64,000 bases of DNA from an uncultured Clostridia bacterium. GTDB taxonomy: Bacteria > Bacillota > Clostridia > Christensenellales > CAG-917. Under the pieces are notes generated by a model that did no database searches, was not told the origin of the DNA, and saw only the letters and a list, made by a program, of their open reading frames with translations. The stretch covers positions 9,214 through 73,213 of the forward strand of contig CANQBO010000006.1 of the NCBI GenBank assembly GCA_947589475.1, written 5' to 3'. Below, piece by piece: positions 1 through 9,244 of this stretch. The position numbers were made by a program, and so were the translations under genes. Position 1 is the stretch's first letter. Each line of letters starts with the position of its first letter.

Positions 1-2693
1 AGCAAGTTGTCTCTGAATATCTGCACAAAGTCTTCTGCGTCGCTCTTAATGTCGCGATAATAGTATAGTATGTGCTCGTCATCGATGCGGAATGTGTAGA
101 ATTCGAGATATTCGCCGCCCGAATAGGTGTATTTTACGTCGTCATGAGAATTGCCTTGATCGTCGATGTAGGTCGCGGTGCCCGTCGAAGGATGCACGGT
201 GAGATTTTCGTCTATCTTGCGATCGGAACCTACGTCCTCGCCCGTGCTCGTCACTGCCTGAGCATACTTCATGCCTCCCTCTTCCTTCAAATATTTGAAG
301 CTGAGTTGCGCGTCGTTTGAAATGGACACAAAGGTAAAAATTGCTCCCGTCTTTTTTACCGTGCCCGTGAACATAGGCGCATAAATGCTTGCCAACTCGC
401 CCGAACCGAGCGTTTGCTCATCTATCTTGACAAGCACCATCGTATCGTTGTAGGCGTCGAGAAGGAACATGATAAACGCGTCGTCATATGTATCGCCGTC
501 GAGAGTTATAGAGCCTTCAAAAAACCAAAGACCGCCGTCGTCGCCTTTTTTGACGCTGCCGAAATATTGCGCGAAGATCGTGCCCGATCTGTTCTGCTGT
601 ATCGCGTAATAGACGTCGTCGGTCGCGCCATCATAGGAAAAATCTATAAGCCAGACTTGATCCGCGTCTGCGGAATTTTGCGTCATCCAGAAGTTGTGGA
701 CAATGCTGTATGTCCCATTGTGTTGCGTGCCCGTCTTGTCGTCTTCGTCCGCATATGTGGTATAAGTGCCGCCGCCGAAGCCGTCAAGATAGAGTTCATC
801 GGCAAGTTGTCCGTAAAATGTACTGCGCTCTATTGCGGTATCTTTTATATTTTCGTTTGCAAATCCTTCGGGCAGATTGCTGTTTTTGGACGGATCGATC
901 TTTGTCTTGTCGGGCGCCGTTTCTTTCAGTATGCGGAATGCGAAATTCTCAAGCAGAGTATTCGGGTTTGTCGGGTCGCCCGCATGCATCGAACATTCAT
1001 AATATCCTTTGTCGTTGACATAATATGTCCCGTTTGTCTCATACACGGGATCGTTTAAGATGTCGTAATATGTGGGATGATCGGGGTCGAAGAAGTATCT
1101 GAAACTGCCGAGGCCGTCGAGATAGATGAGAGGATAGCCGTCCGCCGCAGCATAATACCCCGCCTCATCCATATTTTGGAATGCGATAACGGTATTGCCT
1201 TGCTCGTCCTCCTCAAATTGGAAACGAAGCATAACTTTCTCCGAAGCGTCGACTTGCTCATCGTCGAAGTTTGCCGAAGTAAACACATAGTAGCCCCATT
1301 CGGTGTCGAATGTCACCTTGCCCGAGATCTGCTTCTTGCCGTCAAAGTATGTCGCGGTATAGTCGTCGCCTATCGTGATGGTTATATCGCCGTTGTCTTT
1401 GGAAGGATACGCAACTTTATAAAGCGTCTCGTTGTAATAGTAGAAGTAGTTGGTCTCGGTGTTCAAAATGCCCTTAAGAATGACATTGTCGTCCTCGTCC
1501 TTGAATGTGAAAACGTTCGTCTTGGGATTGAAGTCCCCCGTCTTTTCTTCCACGCGATCTCTCAAAAGATAAACTTTGCGCGCCGCTTCGGAATCGCCGC
1601 CCACGAGATAATCAGGCTCCGCAAACAGGTAGTCGCTTCCGCCGAGCGCGTCCACCGCACCCGGTTGCCAAATTGCGTACAAATCAAGCGTGTACTTGCC
1701 TGCGTCGAACCGAATTGGGTCGTCCTTCTTATATGCGACCTGATCCCTGCTCGGATCGAAAGAAGTACTCCAGTCCGCCCAGCCGAGGAAACGATAGCCC
1801 TCAAGGGTAAATCCGCACTCCGCGGCAAACAATTGTTGGTCATACTTTGCGATGCCCTCTCTCATCTCGCCTTGCGGGACAGTCCCCGTGGGAGCATTTG
1901 CGTGATATGTGACGTGATAGCCGTCGATGTCATAGTAATATTTCAAAACATTCAAAGCCGCATTTTCGGTGAGCGTAATTCTCTTTGAACTTTCGGACAT
2001 CGCGTCATTGTAATAGTATCCCTCGATCTCGATGTCCGATTGATCTTCGGAAGCTTGAGCGCCGACAAGCCCGGACAAGGTCTTTGTCAACTCTGCCTTC
2101 TCTTGATATTCCCCGTCATAATCCTGCAAATAATAGGCGATCGTATAGGCGACGGTGTATTTTGCCGTAAGCGTGACGTCGCTGTCGGGCATAAGAGTGG
2201 AATCTTTGACGCGCTCTTCCTCCAAATACCAGGCGCTGAAGGTCAGATCTCCGCGGACGGTGGGGACGATGCCTTGCACTGCGTCGGCGATCTTAGCGCC
2301 TTGTTTGAGGTAAATATACAGCTGATCGTCCTGCAATTTGCCGCTGCCCGCATTCAAAGTGAGCCTGTAGCCTCGCGCCCAAACAGCATAATACGTGGCG
2401 TCGTAATTCGGAGCCTGAACGGGGCCGCGATAGATGTCGCCGCTCAGATCGCTCTGCATGCTCCATCCGTCAAAGACATAGGTTACGCCGTCGACCACCT
2501 TTTCAGACAACTCGGGAAGAGTGACGGTCGAGCCGCCCTTCACGGTGATCGAGTCCACCGCCTCGCCGCCGTTGGTCTCGAAAGAAAGCGTGAAGTTTTT
2601 CCCGTTGCACGCAACGAGCGTCGCCGCAAAAACGACGAGGAGCGCGACGATCGCCAAAATATAAATTGCTCTGCTCGATTTTTTGAACATCAT
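1..2693 (-). CDS. Secreted lipoprotein with N-terminal Listeria-Bacteroides (Flg_new / InlB-B type) repeats; 3' end runs off the left edge (partial, more than 897 aa)
   Basis: It is absent from the ORF track because no stop codon lies in the window. Hand translation of the minus strand from ATGATG (2693/2690) stays open to nt 1. The N-terminus MMFKKSSRAIYILAIVALLVVFAATLVAC is a signal peptide plus lipobox. Three units with the x-GW...YA-x-W signature follow (YVFDGWS...YYAVW; TFSAWY; GYRFLGWAD...LYAIW). The plus-strand ORFs 72-320, 414-1058, 1077-1988 and 2040-2720 are its antisense shadows. Confidence 0.7.
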   Translation of the reverse strand, partial: MMFKKSSRAIYILAIVALLVVFAATLVACNGKNFTLSFETNGGEAVDSITVKGGSTVTLPELSEKVVDGVTYVFDGWSMQSDLSGDIYRGPVQAPNYDATYYAVWARGYRLTLNAGSGKLQDDQLYIYLKQGAKIADAVQGIVPTVRGDLTFSAWYLEEERVKDSTLMPDSDVTLTAKYTVAYTIAYYLQDYDGEYQEKAELTKTLSGLVGAQASEDQSDIEIEGYYYNDAMSESSKRITLTENAALNVLKYYYDIDGYHVTYHANAPTGTVPQGEMREGIAKYDQQLFAAECGFTLEGYRFLGWADWSTSFDPSRDQVAYKKDDPIRFDAGKYTLDLYAIWQPGAVDALGGSDYLFAEPDYLVGGDSEAARKVYLLRDRVEEKTGDFNPKTNVFTFKDEDDNVILKGILNTETNYFYYYNETLYKVAYPSKDNGDITITIGDDYTATYFDGKKQISGKVTFDTEWGYYVFTSANFDDEQVDASEKVMLRFQFEEDEQGNTVIAFQNMDEAGYYAAADGYPLIYLDGLGSFRYFFDPDHPTYYDILNDPVYETNGTYYVNDKGYYECSMHAGDPTNPNTLLENFAFRILKETAPDKTKIDPSKNSNLPEGFANENIKDTAIERSTFYGQLADELYLDGFGGGTYTTYADEDDKTGTQHNGTYSIVHNFWMTQNSADADQVWLIDFSYDGATDDVYYAIQQNRSGTIFAQYFGSVKKGDDGGLWFFEGSITLDGDTYDDAFIMFLLDAYNDTMVLVKIDEQTLGSGELASIYAPMFTGTVKKTGAIFTFVSISNDAQLSFKYLKEEGGMKYAQAVTSTGEDVGSDRKIDENLTVHPSTGTATYIDDQGNSHDDVKYTYSGGEYLEFYTFRIDDEHILYYYRDIKSDAEDFVQIFRDNL

Positions 2694-2986
2694 AATGCTA
2701 TTCTGTTCCTTATAAAATAAAATTTTATATTATAAGTATACATTATCCCCCGCAGATGTGTAAAGCACTTTTTCCAAAAAACACATATTTAAACCCGTTT
2801 TAAGCTAAAATATACATTCGCTTTCGCCTTAAAACAGGAAAATTTTGCCGCAAAACTTACTATATATGGACGATTTGTTTCGAAAATGCGGAAAATATGC
2901 GTTGCATAATTATGCAGTTTTATCTTAAAAAATTTGAATTTTTATAAAAAAATTTTTCAATAAATCAAAATTATCTCATCTTCTCC

Positions 2987-3015
2987 TTGCAAAAGGCGTA
3001 CATATATGGCATAAT
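2987..3015 (+). promoter_or_regulatory. Sigma-A-like promoter for the 3076 lipoprotein gene (TTGCAA-17-CATAAT)
   Basis: The -35 TTGCAA lies at 2987-2992 and the -10 CATAAT at 3010-3015, with a hand-counted 17-nt spacer, inside an AT-rich divergent intergenic region. Confidence 0.4.
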
Positions 3016-3075
3016 AAAAAATAATATATACGGGTCTTTAAAACTGTAAATAGAGACCGAAATCGGGAGGTTCAT

Positions 3076-4122
3076 ATGAACAAGTCATTGAAAACGTCTC
3101 TTGCCTTAGGTCTTATTCTTAGTTTGATATTGTGCGCGGCTTTGCTTGCGGCGTGCGATCCGAAAGAGGATCCTCAACCGCAACCCAAAACCGAAACCTA
3201 CACCGTCAACGTGACTTGCGAGGACAGCGCCGCGCTTGAAAACGTCAAGGTGCAGATCAAGGACGCAAACGGCGAAAAAGCAGACGAGAAAGATCTGGAA
3301 AACGGGAAAGCTGTTTTCGAGCTTGTGCCCGCAAACTACACCGCAACGCTTTCGGGCATTGGCGAAGATTACTCTTTCGAGGACGGCACGCTGTCCGCGA
3401 CAGACAAAGAGTGCACAATTGAGGTGCTACACATCAACATCTACACCGTCAACATCAATTATAAAACGTCAAAAGACGTCTTTGGCAATACAGTCACTCA
3501 GGGGGGTCCTGCGGAAGGAGTCACGGTATCCCTGTACGTCGGACAACTCAAAGACGACAATTTGAGCAAGCTTGACAAACCTCCCGTCCTTGCCGCCACA
3601 GCTCAAACGGACGCAACCGGGAAAGCAATATTTAAGCTTTCCGGCGAAATGTACACCGTAGTGGTTTCAGGTCTCGCGGCGGGTCAAAGCATAAACTACA
3701 GAGTAGGCACCGATCCAAAAAATTGGGTGACGGCATACACTGTAAGCACAAGCTCCCCTAAACTAGACCTGCCGCTTAATGAGCCTACCCTCTTGGGCAA
3801 GGACACAAAAAATACCATCCCTTTGAAGTTGGGTGAAAACGATGTTCCTTTGTCGAGAAATGTTTTCATGGAATTGGATTATCCAGGGGTATTCTTCGTT
3901 TTCACTCCCGAAGAATCGGGCGAATACACTTTTACGACAACAAGCAACGCAAAAATCATAGATGGCGAAGGATTCAGCATTTACAACGAGCCTACGATAT
4001 TGATCGACGGCGCCGGATCTTTTGTCCTATCTCTTGAAAAAGGCAAGCCCCATATGTTGGTGTGTACTGCAAACAATGAAGCAAGTTTGGCATATACACT
4101 AACCATTGAAAAGAGCGCTTGA
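3076..4122 (+). CDS. Lipoprotein with two beta-sandwich (carboxypeptidase-regulatory / Cna-B-like) repeats; function unknown
   Basis: From the ORF track. The signal peptide ends in the lipobox LLAAC. An RBS GGGAGG sits 5 nt upstream. Two repeats are visible (YTVNVT...YTATLSG and YTVNINY...YTVVVSG). Confidence 0.75.
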   Translation: MNKSLKTSLALGLILSLILCAALLAACDPKEDPQPQPKTETYTVNVTCEDSAALENVKVQIKDANGEKADEKDLENGKAVFELVPANYTATLSGIGEDYSFEDGTLSATDKECTIEVLHINIYTVNINYKTSKDVFGNTVTQGGPAEGVTVSLYVGQLKDDNLSKLDKPPVLAATAQTDATGKAIFKLSGEMYTVVVSGLAAGQSINYRVGTDPKNWVTAYTVSTSSPKLDLPLNEPTLLGKDTKNTIPLKLGENDVPLSRNVFMELDYPGVFFVFTPEESGEYTFTTTSNAKIIDGEGFSIYNEPTILIDGAGSFVLSLEKGKPHMLVCTANNEASLAYTLTIEKSA

Positions 4123-4184
4123 GACAATTGACAGACGACCATAATGTTGCGTCGTAGGCGCAAAATCATTGCAACATTTGCGTC

Positions 4185-4220
4185 AAAACGGCGGGACAAC
4201 TTCCCCGCCGTTTTTGTTTT
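4185..4220 (+). terminator. Rho-independent terminator after the lipoprotein gene
   Basis: The stem CGGCGGG (4189-4195) pairs with CCCGCCG (4204-4210) and is followed by TTTTT. An A-run upstream makes it potentially bidirectional. Confidence 0.7.
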
Positions 4221-4291
4221 GACTCTCCACTATTTTCAGTGCAAAACATTATTTGCTCAAAAATCAAAATGCTCGATGATAAAATTCCTCG

Positions 4292-4330
4292 CAAAAAATA
4301 TCCCCGCAGAATGTCTCTCCTACGGGGATA
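4292..4330 (-). terminator. Rho-independent terminator of thrS
   Basis: The stem TATCCCCG (4299-4306) pairs with CGGGGATA (4323-4330). On the minus strand it is followed by a U-run (plus-strand A-run 4292-4298). Confidence 0.65.
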
Positions 4331-4376
4331 AAATGCAATATGGGTCGTAAAATGCGCAAATGTCGTGAGTTTTTCC

Positions 4377-6314
4377 TCACTTGATCTGCTTGAGGGCGAC
4401 CTCCGTCAAGCACTTCGAGACAAACTGCTCCACGGTCATGGCGCCGAGGTCTCCTTCGGTGCGGTGGCGCACGCTGACGACGCCCTGCTCCGCCTCCTTG
4501 TCGCCGATGACGAGTATGTAAGGCACTTTTTCAAGTTGCGCCTCGCGTATCTTTTTGCCGAGCTTTTCACTGCGCACATCCGCCTCCGCCCTGAGGCCTG
4601 CCATCTCCAGCTGTTTTTTGATGTCCTTTGCGTTGTCCATAGTGCGGTCTGTCAGCGAGAGCACTCTGACTTGCTCGGGTGCGAGCCACATGGGGAAAGC
4701 GCCGTTGTACTTTTCGATGAGCATGCCGAGCGTGCGCTCATAGCACCCGATGGAACTGCGGTGTATGATGTACGGCCTTGCCTTTTCGCCGTTTTCGTCT
4801 ATATATATCATGTCGAAGCGCGTCGCAAGCGAGAAATCTATCTGCACCGTGAAAAGCGTGTCCTCCTTGCCGTGGACGTTTGCCGCCTGAACGTCGAGTT
4901 TGGGACCGTAGAAAGCCGCCTCGCCCCACGCCTCTTCATACTTGATGCCGAGGTCGTCGAGGATGTTCTTCATGGTGTTTTCCACTCTGTCCCAATCCTC
5001 TTTACTGCCCACGTACTTGCTTGAATTTTTGGGATCCCAGCGCGAGAAGCGATACCAGATGTCGTCCTCAATTCCAAACACCTTCGCCATATACTTGATG
5101 AGGTCTACGCAACCCGCAAACTCCTGCTCAAGCTGGTCGGGCGTGCATACGATATGTCCGTCCGCCAGCGTGAATTGACGTATACGGGTGAGGCCGTGCA
5201 TCTCGCCGCTCGCCTCTTTTCTGAACTCTATCGCCGTTTCCGCATATCTCACGGGAAGGTCGCGATAACTCTTCAGACCGTTTTTGTATATCGTGAATTG
5301 CAACGGGCATGTCATCGGGCGCAAGCAGAGTATCTCGTCGTCGACATCCTCTTCGCCGATGTAGAACATCTTATCCTTATAGTGATCCCAATGTCCAGAA
5401 GTGATAAACAGGTTGTTTTTTGTCATTATGGGCGTCTTTGTCAAAAGATAGCCGCGTCTCTGCTCCTCGTCCTCGACGAAGCGTTGCATGATCTGAAGCA
5501 CGCGCGCGCCCTTAGGCATCATCAGCGGCAATCCCTGCCCTATATTTTCGTCCGTCATGAAGAAGCCGAGGTCCCTGCCCACTTTGTTGTGGTCGCGCAA
5601 CTTCGCCTCCTCCAGCTTTTGCAAATACTCGTCAAGGTCCGCCTTCTTCTCGAAACATGTGCCGTAAATGCGGGTGAGCATCTTGTTTTTCTCATTTCCG
5701 CGCCAATACGCGCCCGTGAGCGAGGTGAGCTTGAACGCCTTGATACGTCCCGTAGAGGTGAGGTGCGGTCCCGCGCACAAGTCCACAAAATCGCCTTGCT
5801 GATAAAAGCTTATCTCTTCGTCTTCGGGGATATCCGCAAGCAACTCCACCTTATAATTTTGCTTCATCTTGAGGAGCAACTTCTCCGCCTCCTCTCTATC
5901 GAGAGTGAACCGCTTGATGGGCATATTTGCCTTGATGATGCGCTTCATTTCCGCCTCTATCTTGTCGAAGTCAGCCTGCGTAATGGGCGTCTTGAAATCG
6001 AAGTCGTAATAGAAGCCGCCGTCCACCGCGGGACCTATCGCAAGCTGTACCGTGGGATATATCGTCAGAATTGCTTGCGCAAGTATGTGCGAACAGGTGT
6101 GACGATACACCTTCTTGCCTTCGTCGCTGTCAAATGTAAACAGCTCCAGCGAGCAGTCGCCGTCTATGACAGTGTCCATCGAGCAAAGCTTGCCGTCGAT
6201 CTTGCATACGAGCGCCGCGCGAGCAAGCCCCTCGCTGATGTGTAGCGCCGCTTCGTAAGCCGTAACAGGTCCGTCAAGCGACAACAATGATCCGTCTTTT
6301 AGTTTGATATTCAT
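4377..6314 (-). CDS. thrS: Threonine--tRNA ligase
   Basis: 645 aa. It has an N-terminal TGS domain (MNIKLKDGSLL...), an editing domain and a class II core with a C-terminal anticodon-binding domain. An RBS GGAGG sits 5 nt upstream. Confidence 0.95.
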   Translation of the reverse strand: MNIKLKDGSLLSLDGPVTAYEAALHISEGLARAALVCKIDGKLCSMDTVIDGDCSLELFTFDSDEGKKVYRHTCSHILAQAILTIYPTVQLAIGPAVDGGFYYDFDFKTPITQADFDKIEAEMKRIIKANMPIKRFTLDREEAEKLLLKMKQNYKVELLADIPEDEEISFYQQGDFVDLCAGPHLTSTGRIKAFKLTSLTGAYWRGNEKNKMLTRIYGTCFEKKADLDEYLQKLEEAKLRDHNKVGRDLGFFMTDENIGQGLPLMMPKGARVLQIMQRFVEDEEQRRGYLLTKTPIMTKNNLFITSGHWDHYKDKMFYIGEEDVDDEILCLRPMTCPLQFTIYKNGLKSYRDLPVRYAETAIEFRKEASGEMHGLTRIRQFTLADGHIVCTPDQLEQEFAGCVDLIKYMAKVFGIEDDIWYRFSRWDPKNSSKYVGSKEDWDRVENTMKNILDDLGIKYEEAWGEAAFYGPKLDVQAANVHGKEDTLFTVQIDFSLATRFDMIYIDENGEKARPYIIHRSSIGCYERTLGMLIEKYNGAFPMWLAPEQVRVLSLTDRTMDNAKDIKKQLEMAGLRAEADVRSEKLGKKIREAQLEKVPYILVIGDKEAEQGVVSVRHRTEGDLGAMTVEQFVSKCLTEVALKQIK

Positions 6315-6418
6315 AAAAACCTCCGCGCAATCAGCCTCACGAGGGCTGTACGCATACTAAATTCTCCGCTGTCTCACGGAGTATCAATAATTATAGTATC
6401 ACCAAATGCCGTTGTCAA
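6315..6418 (-). promoter_or_regulatory. thrS promoter (TTGACA-17-TATAAT) and ~70-nt leader with two stem-loops; no T-box
   Basis: On the minus strand the -35 TTGACA lies at 6413-6418 and the -10 TATAAT at 6390-6395, with a 17-nt spacer. The leader hairpins are CUCCG-UGAGACAG-CGGAG and CAGCC-CUCGUGA-GGCUG (6332-6348), followed by GGAGG. Confidence 0.6.
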
Positions 6419-6531
6419 TCGCTTTTTATCCTTTATTCCTCATATACTCAGGCGAACGCTTAAGCGGGTTTTGATCAAGAAAACATTCGCATTCGATTTG
6501 ACATTTTCAGACGAATGACATGCGCATATCT

Positions 6532-7233
6532 TCAAAGCGCTTTAAGTCCGAGCGCGCGGCAGATGTCCGCAAGACTTTCCGTCGGGTGCAACGCCTCGTC
6601 AAGCGAGAATGCCGCGGAATTGTCGGACTTTGCCTCCGCCTCGCGAATTTTTTCCTTGAGTTCGGCAAGCGCAGAAGAATCCTGCGTGCTTCCGACCTCT
6701 TTTTTCACCCTGTCCTGCTCCTCCGACTGTTGTGACGTGAGGCGAGCGACTTCGCTCTTGAAATACATTTCCATCTCGTCATCGTCTGCGCCGCTGTTCA
6801 GCGAAAAGTCCTGTTCGAGCATCTTTTTGAGGTCGAGTTCGACGGACACCGCGACGCTCTCCATATTCAGAGCGTCCTTGTCGAAATGATACCTTTCTTT
6901 CAGCTGTTCGTAGGCTCCCGCCCACTTAGCGCGGAAGAGCTTGAGCCTATTAAGCTCCAGCGCATAGCGCGCCCGCACGTCCGCCGTCAGTCTGTCCGCG
7001 TTTTGAGTGGCGGAAATGAAAGCGGCTTTGATCTGCTCTTCCTTGCCCTTAAGCTCGCCCAGTTGCTTTTTAAGCTCCTCGCATTCCGCCTCGAGCGCGG
7101 AGATCCTCTCTCGCGCCGAAAGTTGCGCGCTTTCCGCACGACTTATTTCCGACGCTATATAGCCCTCGACCGCGTCGACGTCATAACCTCTTCTCTTGAT
7201 GGGGAAACGCGACGCATTTTTTGTTCTTTTCAT
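6532..7233 (-). CDS. DivIVA-domain coiled-coil protein
   Basis: The N-terminus MKRTKNASRFPIKRRGYDVDAVEGYI matches the DivIVA F-x-x-x-x-RGYD-x-x-EV-x-x-(F/Y) motif, and a long coiled coil follows. The start was chosen at ATG 7233 (GGAG 9 nt upstream) rather than the track start at 7293 (GTG, no RBS). Confidence 0.7.
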   Translation of the reverse strand: MKRTKNASRFPIKRRGYDVDAVEGYIASEISRAESAQLSARERISALEAECEELKKQLGELKGKEEQIKAAFISATQNADRLTADVRARYALELNRLKLFRAKWAGAYEQLKERYHFDKDALNMESVAVSVELDLKKMLEQDFSLNSGADDDEMEMYFKSEVARLTSQQSEEQDRVKKEVGSTQDSSALAELKEKIREAEAKSDNSAAFSLDEALHPTESLADICRALGLKAL

Positions 7234-7537
7234 ATTGAAACGCTCCGAGATATTTTCTCTGCTCATTATCTCAATAAAACGGGAGTTGTGCACATCATTT
7301 TTTGTCGATAAACCTCGCTTTTAGTCAAAAGCGCTTTGATTTGAAATGCAAACATGCGCTTATAGAGTACGTACTCGGCGTAGATTTAAAAACATTAAAA
7401 CGAAAAGGTCAATAGAACTTAAGCACGTAAATAGTTGGTGGCTCTAACAAGCGTTACGTTTTAAGTCGGGACCCGCACCCATTACAAAGTAAGGGTGCGG
7501 GTCACAAGCAAATGCCGGCGGGGCGAGTAGCCGGCAT

Positions 7538-7584
7538 ATAAAAAATTCGGTCTGTTCCGCTCGGATACGAGCGGAACAGACCGA
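7538..7584 (-). terminator. Rho-independent terminator of pncB
   Basis: A 17-bp perfect stem (7547-7563 with 7568-7584) has a GATA loop and a minus-strand U-run (plus-strand AAAAAA near 7538-7545). Confidence 0.8.
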
Positions 7585-7601
7585 CGCTTTACTTTCTTAC
7601 A

Positions 7602-9050
7602 TCACTTTTGCGAGGCGCGGAGGAGTTCCTGCTTAAGCGCCCAGAGTTTGTCGGAGAGGTCGACTTTATAATCCTGCGTGTTGACGACGCGGCGATACTC
7701 GCTGAAAAATTCCGATATAGAGGCGTCCTCATGCTCGGCAATTTCCTTGAGAGTGGGCATTTGGTAGACGAGCTTGCCGTCTTTGAATATGGGCACCATA
7801 AGCTCCTTCACCTCAAAATCGGTGAAAGTGGTACGCTTGTAGGTGAGTTCGGGATGGAAAATTGTGAGCGGCTTGCTCGCGTCAATATTCTCGTCATCGA
7901 GGCAGATGAGGTCCGCCTGCGCCATGCCTTCCTTATAGATGCGCACCACTTTTTTGACGCCGGGATTCGTCGTCTTTTCGTGGCTGTTGGACACCTTGAT
8001 CTTTGGAATCAGCACGCCGTTTTCCTCGAGCGCGCACAGCTTGTATACCCCGCCCAAAGACGCGTTTTTGTAGCTTGTGATGAGTTTTGTGCCTATGCCG
8101 TACACATCTATCTTTGCGTCCTGCGAATGCAGTGAAAGTAGGATGTCCTCGTCGAGATCGTTGGTCGCAAAAATGAGGCAATCCTTGTGCCCCGCCGCGT
8201 CCAGCATAGCCCTCGCCTTACGGCTCAAGTACGCGAGGTCTCCGCTGTCGAGGCGTATTCCTATGGGTTTATGCCCCGCCGCTTTGAGTTTGTCAAAGAC
8301 TTTTATCGCGTTGGGCACGCCGCTCTTGAGCGTGTCGTATGTGTCCACGAGCAACAGACAGTTGTCGGGATACATCTCGGCATAAGTCTCGAAAGCCTCA
8401 AGCTCGCTGTCGAAGGACATCACCCAGCTGTGAGAGTGCGTCCCCGTAACGGGTATGCCGAAAAGCTTGCCCGCCACGACGTTGGACGTCGTCCTGCACC
8501 CGCCGATGTATGCCGCTCTCGCGCCGTAAATGCCCGCGTCCGCGCCCTGCGCCCTGCGCAAGCCAAACTCGCTTATCTTGTTTTTTGTGCACTCCCTCAG
8601 CCTCGCCGCTTTCGTCGCGATGAGCGTCTGGTGATTGATGAAGGTGAGCAGAGCGGTCTCCACAAGTTGCGCCTGCCAAAGCGGAGCGGACACCGTGAGT
8701 ATAGGCTCGTACGGGAATATCATCGTGCCTTCGGGCACGGCTTTTATGTCGCCCGTGAACTCGAATTTTTTAAGCGCGTCCAAAAACGCCTCGTCAAAAA
8801 TGCCTAGCGAGCGCAGATATGAAATGTCGCTCTCGTCGAAATGCAGGTTGAGGATGTAGTCGATTGCCTGTTCAAGCCCCGCCGCTATAGCGTAACAGTA
8901 GCCGCCGCTACCCCTGTAAAACATGTCGAACACCGCCCGTCTCTCGCTCATTCCCGCCTTCAAATAGCCGTTCATCATCGTGAGCTGGTAGAGGTCGGTG
9001 AGCAAAGTCAGATTGTTTGTCTTTGTGCGCTCGGTGATATAGTCTTTCAT
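7602..9050 (-). CDS. pncB: Nicotinate phosphoribosyltransferase
   Basis: 482 aa. The N-terminus ...LLTDLYQLTMMNGY... and overall length are typical of Firmicute NAPRTase. Confidence 0.9.
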   Translation of the reverse strand: MKDYITERTKTNNLTLLTDLYQLTMMNGYLKAGMSERRAVFDMFYRGSGGYCYAIAAGLEQAIDYILNLHFDESDISYLRSLGIFDEAFLDALKKFEFTGDIKAVPEGTMIFPYEPILTVSAPLWQAQLVETALLTFINHQTLIATKAARLRECTKNKISEFGLRRAQGADAGIYGARAAYIGGCRTTSNVVAGKLFGIPVTGTHSHSWVMSFDSELEAFETYAEMYPDNCLLLVDTYDTLKSGVPNAIKVFDKLKAAGHKPIGIRLDSGDLAYLSRKARAMLDAAGHKDCLIFATNDLDEDILLSLHSQDAKIDVYGIGTKLITSYKNASLGGVYKLCALEENGVLIPKIKVSNSHEKTTNPGVKKVVRIYKEGMAQADLICLDDENIDASKPLTIFHPELTYKRTTFTDFEVKELMVPIFKDGKLVYQMPTLKEIAEHEDASISEFFSEYRRVVNTQDYKVDLSDKLWALKQELLRASQK

Positions 9051-9244
9051 AAATTTCTCCTTATCGAGAATTTTTTTAAAACCGCTAGGCTTAAACGGTT
9101 TTATATTGCGGTTTCAAGAGGCATATTCCCTCCTAAAGCCGTCTTGGGCATCGTCTTTGACGATACTTTTTTGCGCCCCATATCGTCATTTTCCGCTTAA
9201 AGCGGCTTACTGTCGCCGTATCGTATCTTCCTACGGAAGTGTTT

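Noticed and set aside
6315-6531. A T-box riboswitch upstream of thrS, as expected for a Firmicute.
   Set aside because: A near-consensus promoter leaves only about 70 nt of leader. No T-box sequence, specifier loop or terminator/antiterminator pair was found on the minus strand between thrS and the upstream gene.
6515-6889. The Ser-rich 124-aa plus-strand ORF.
   Set aside because: It is antisense to the DivIVA-like coiled-coil gene, whose E/K/A-rich codons read as S/F/L on the opposite strand.
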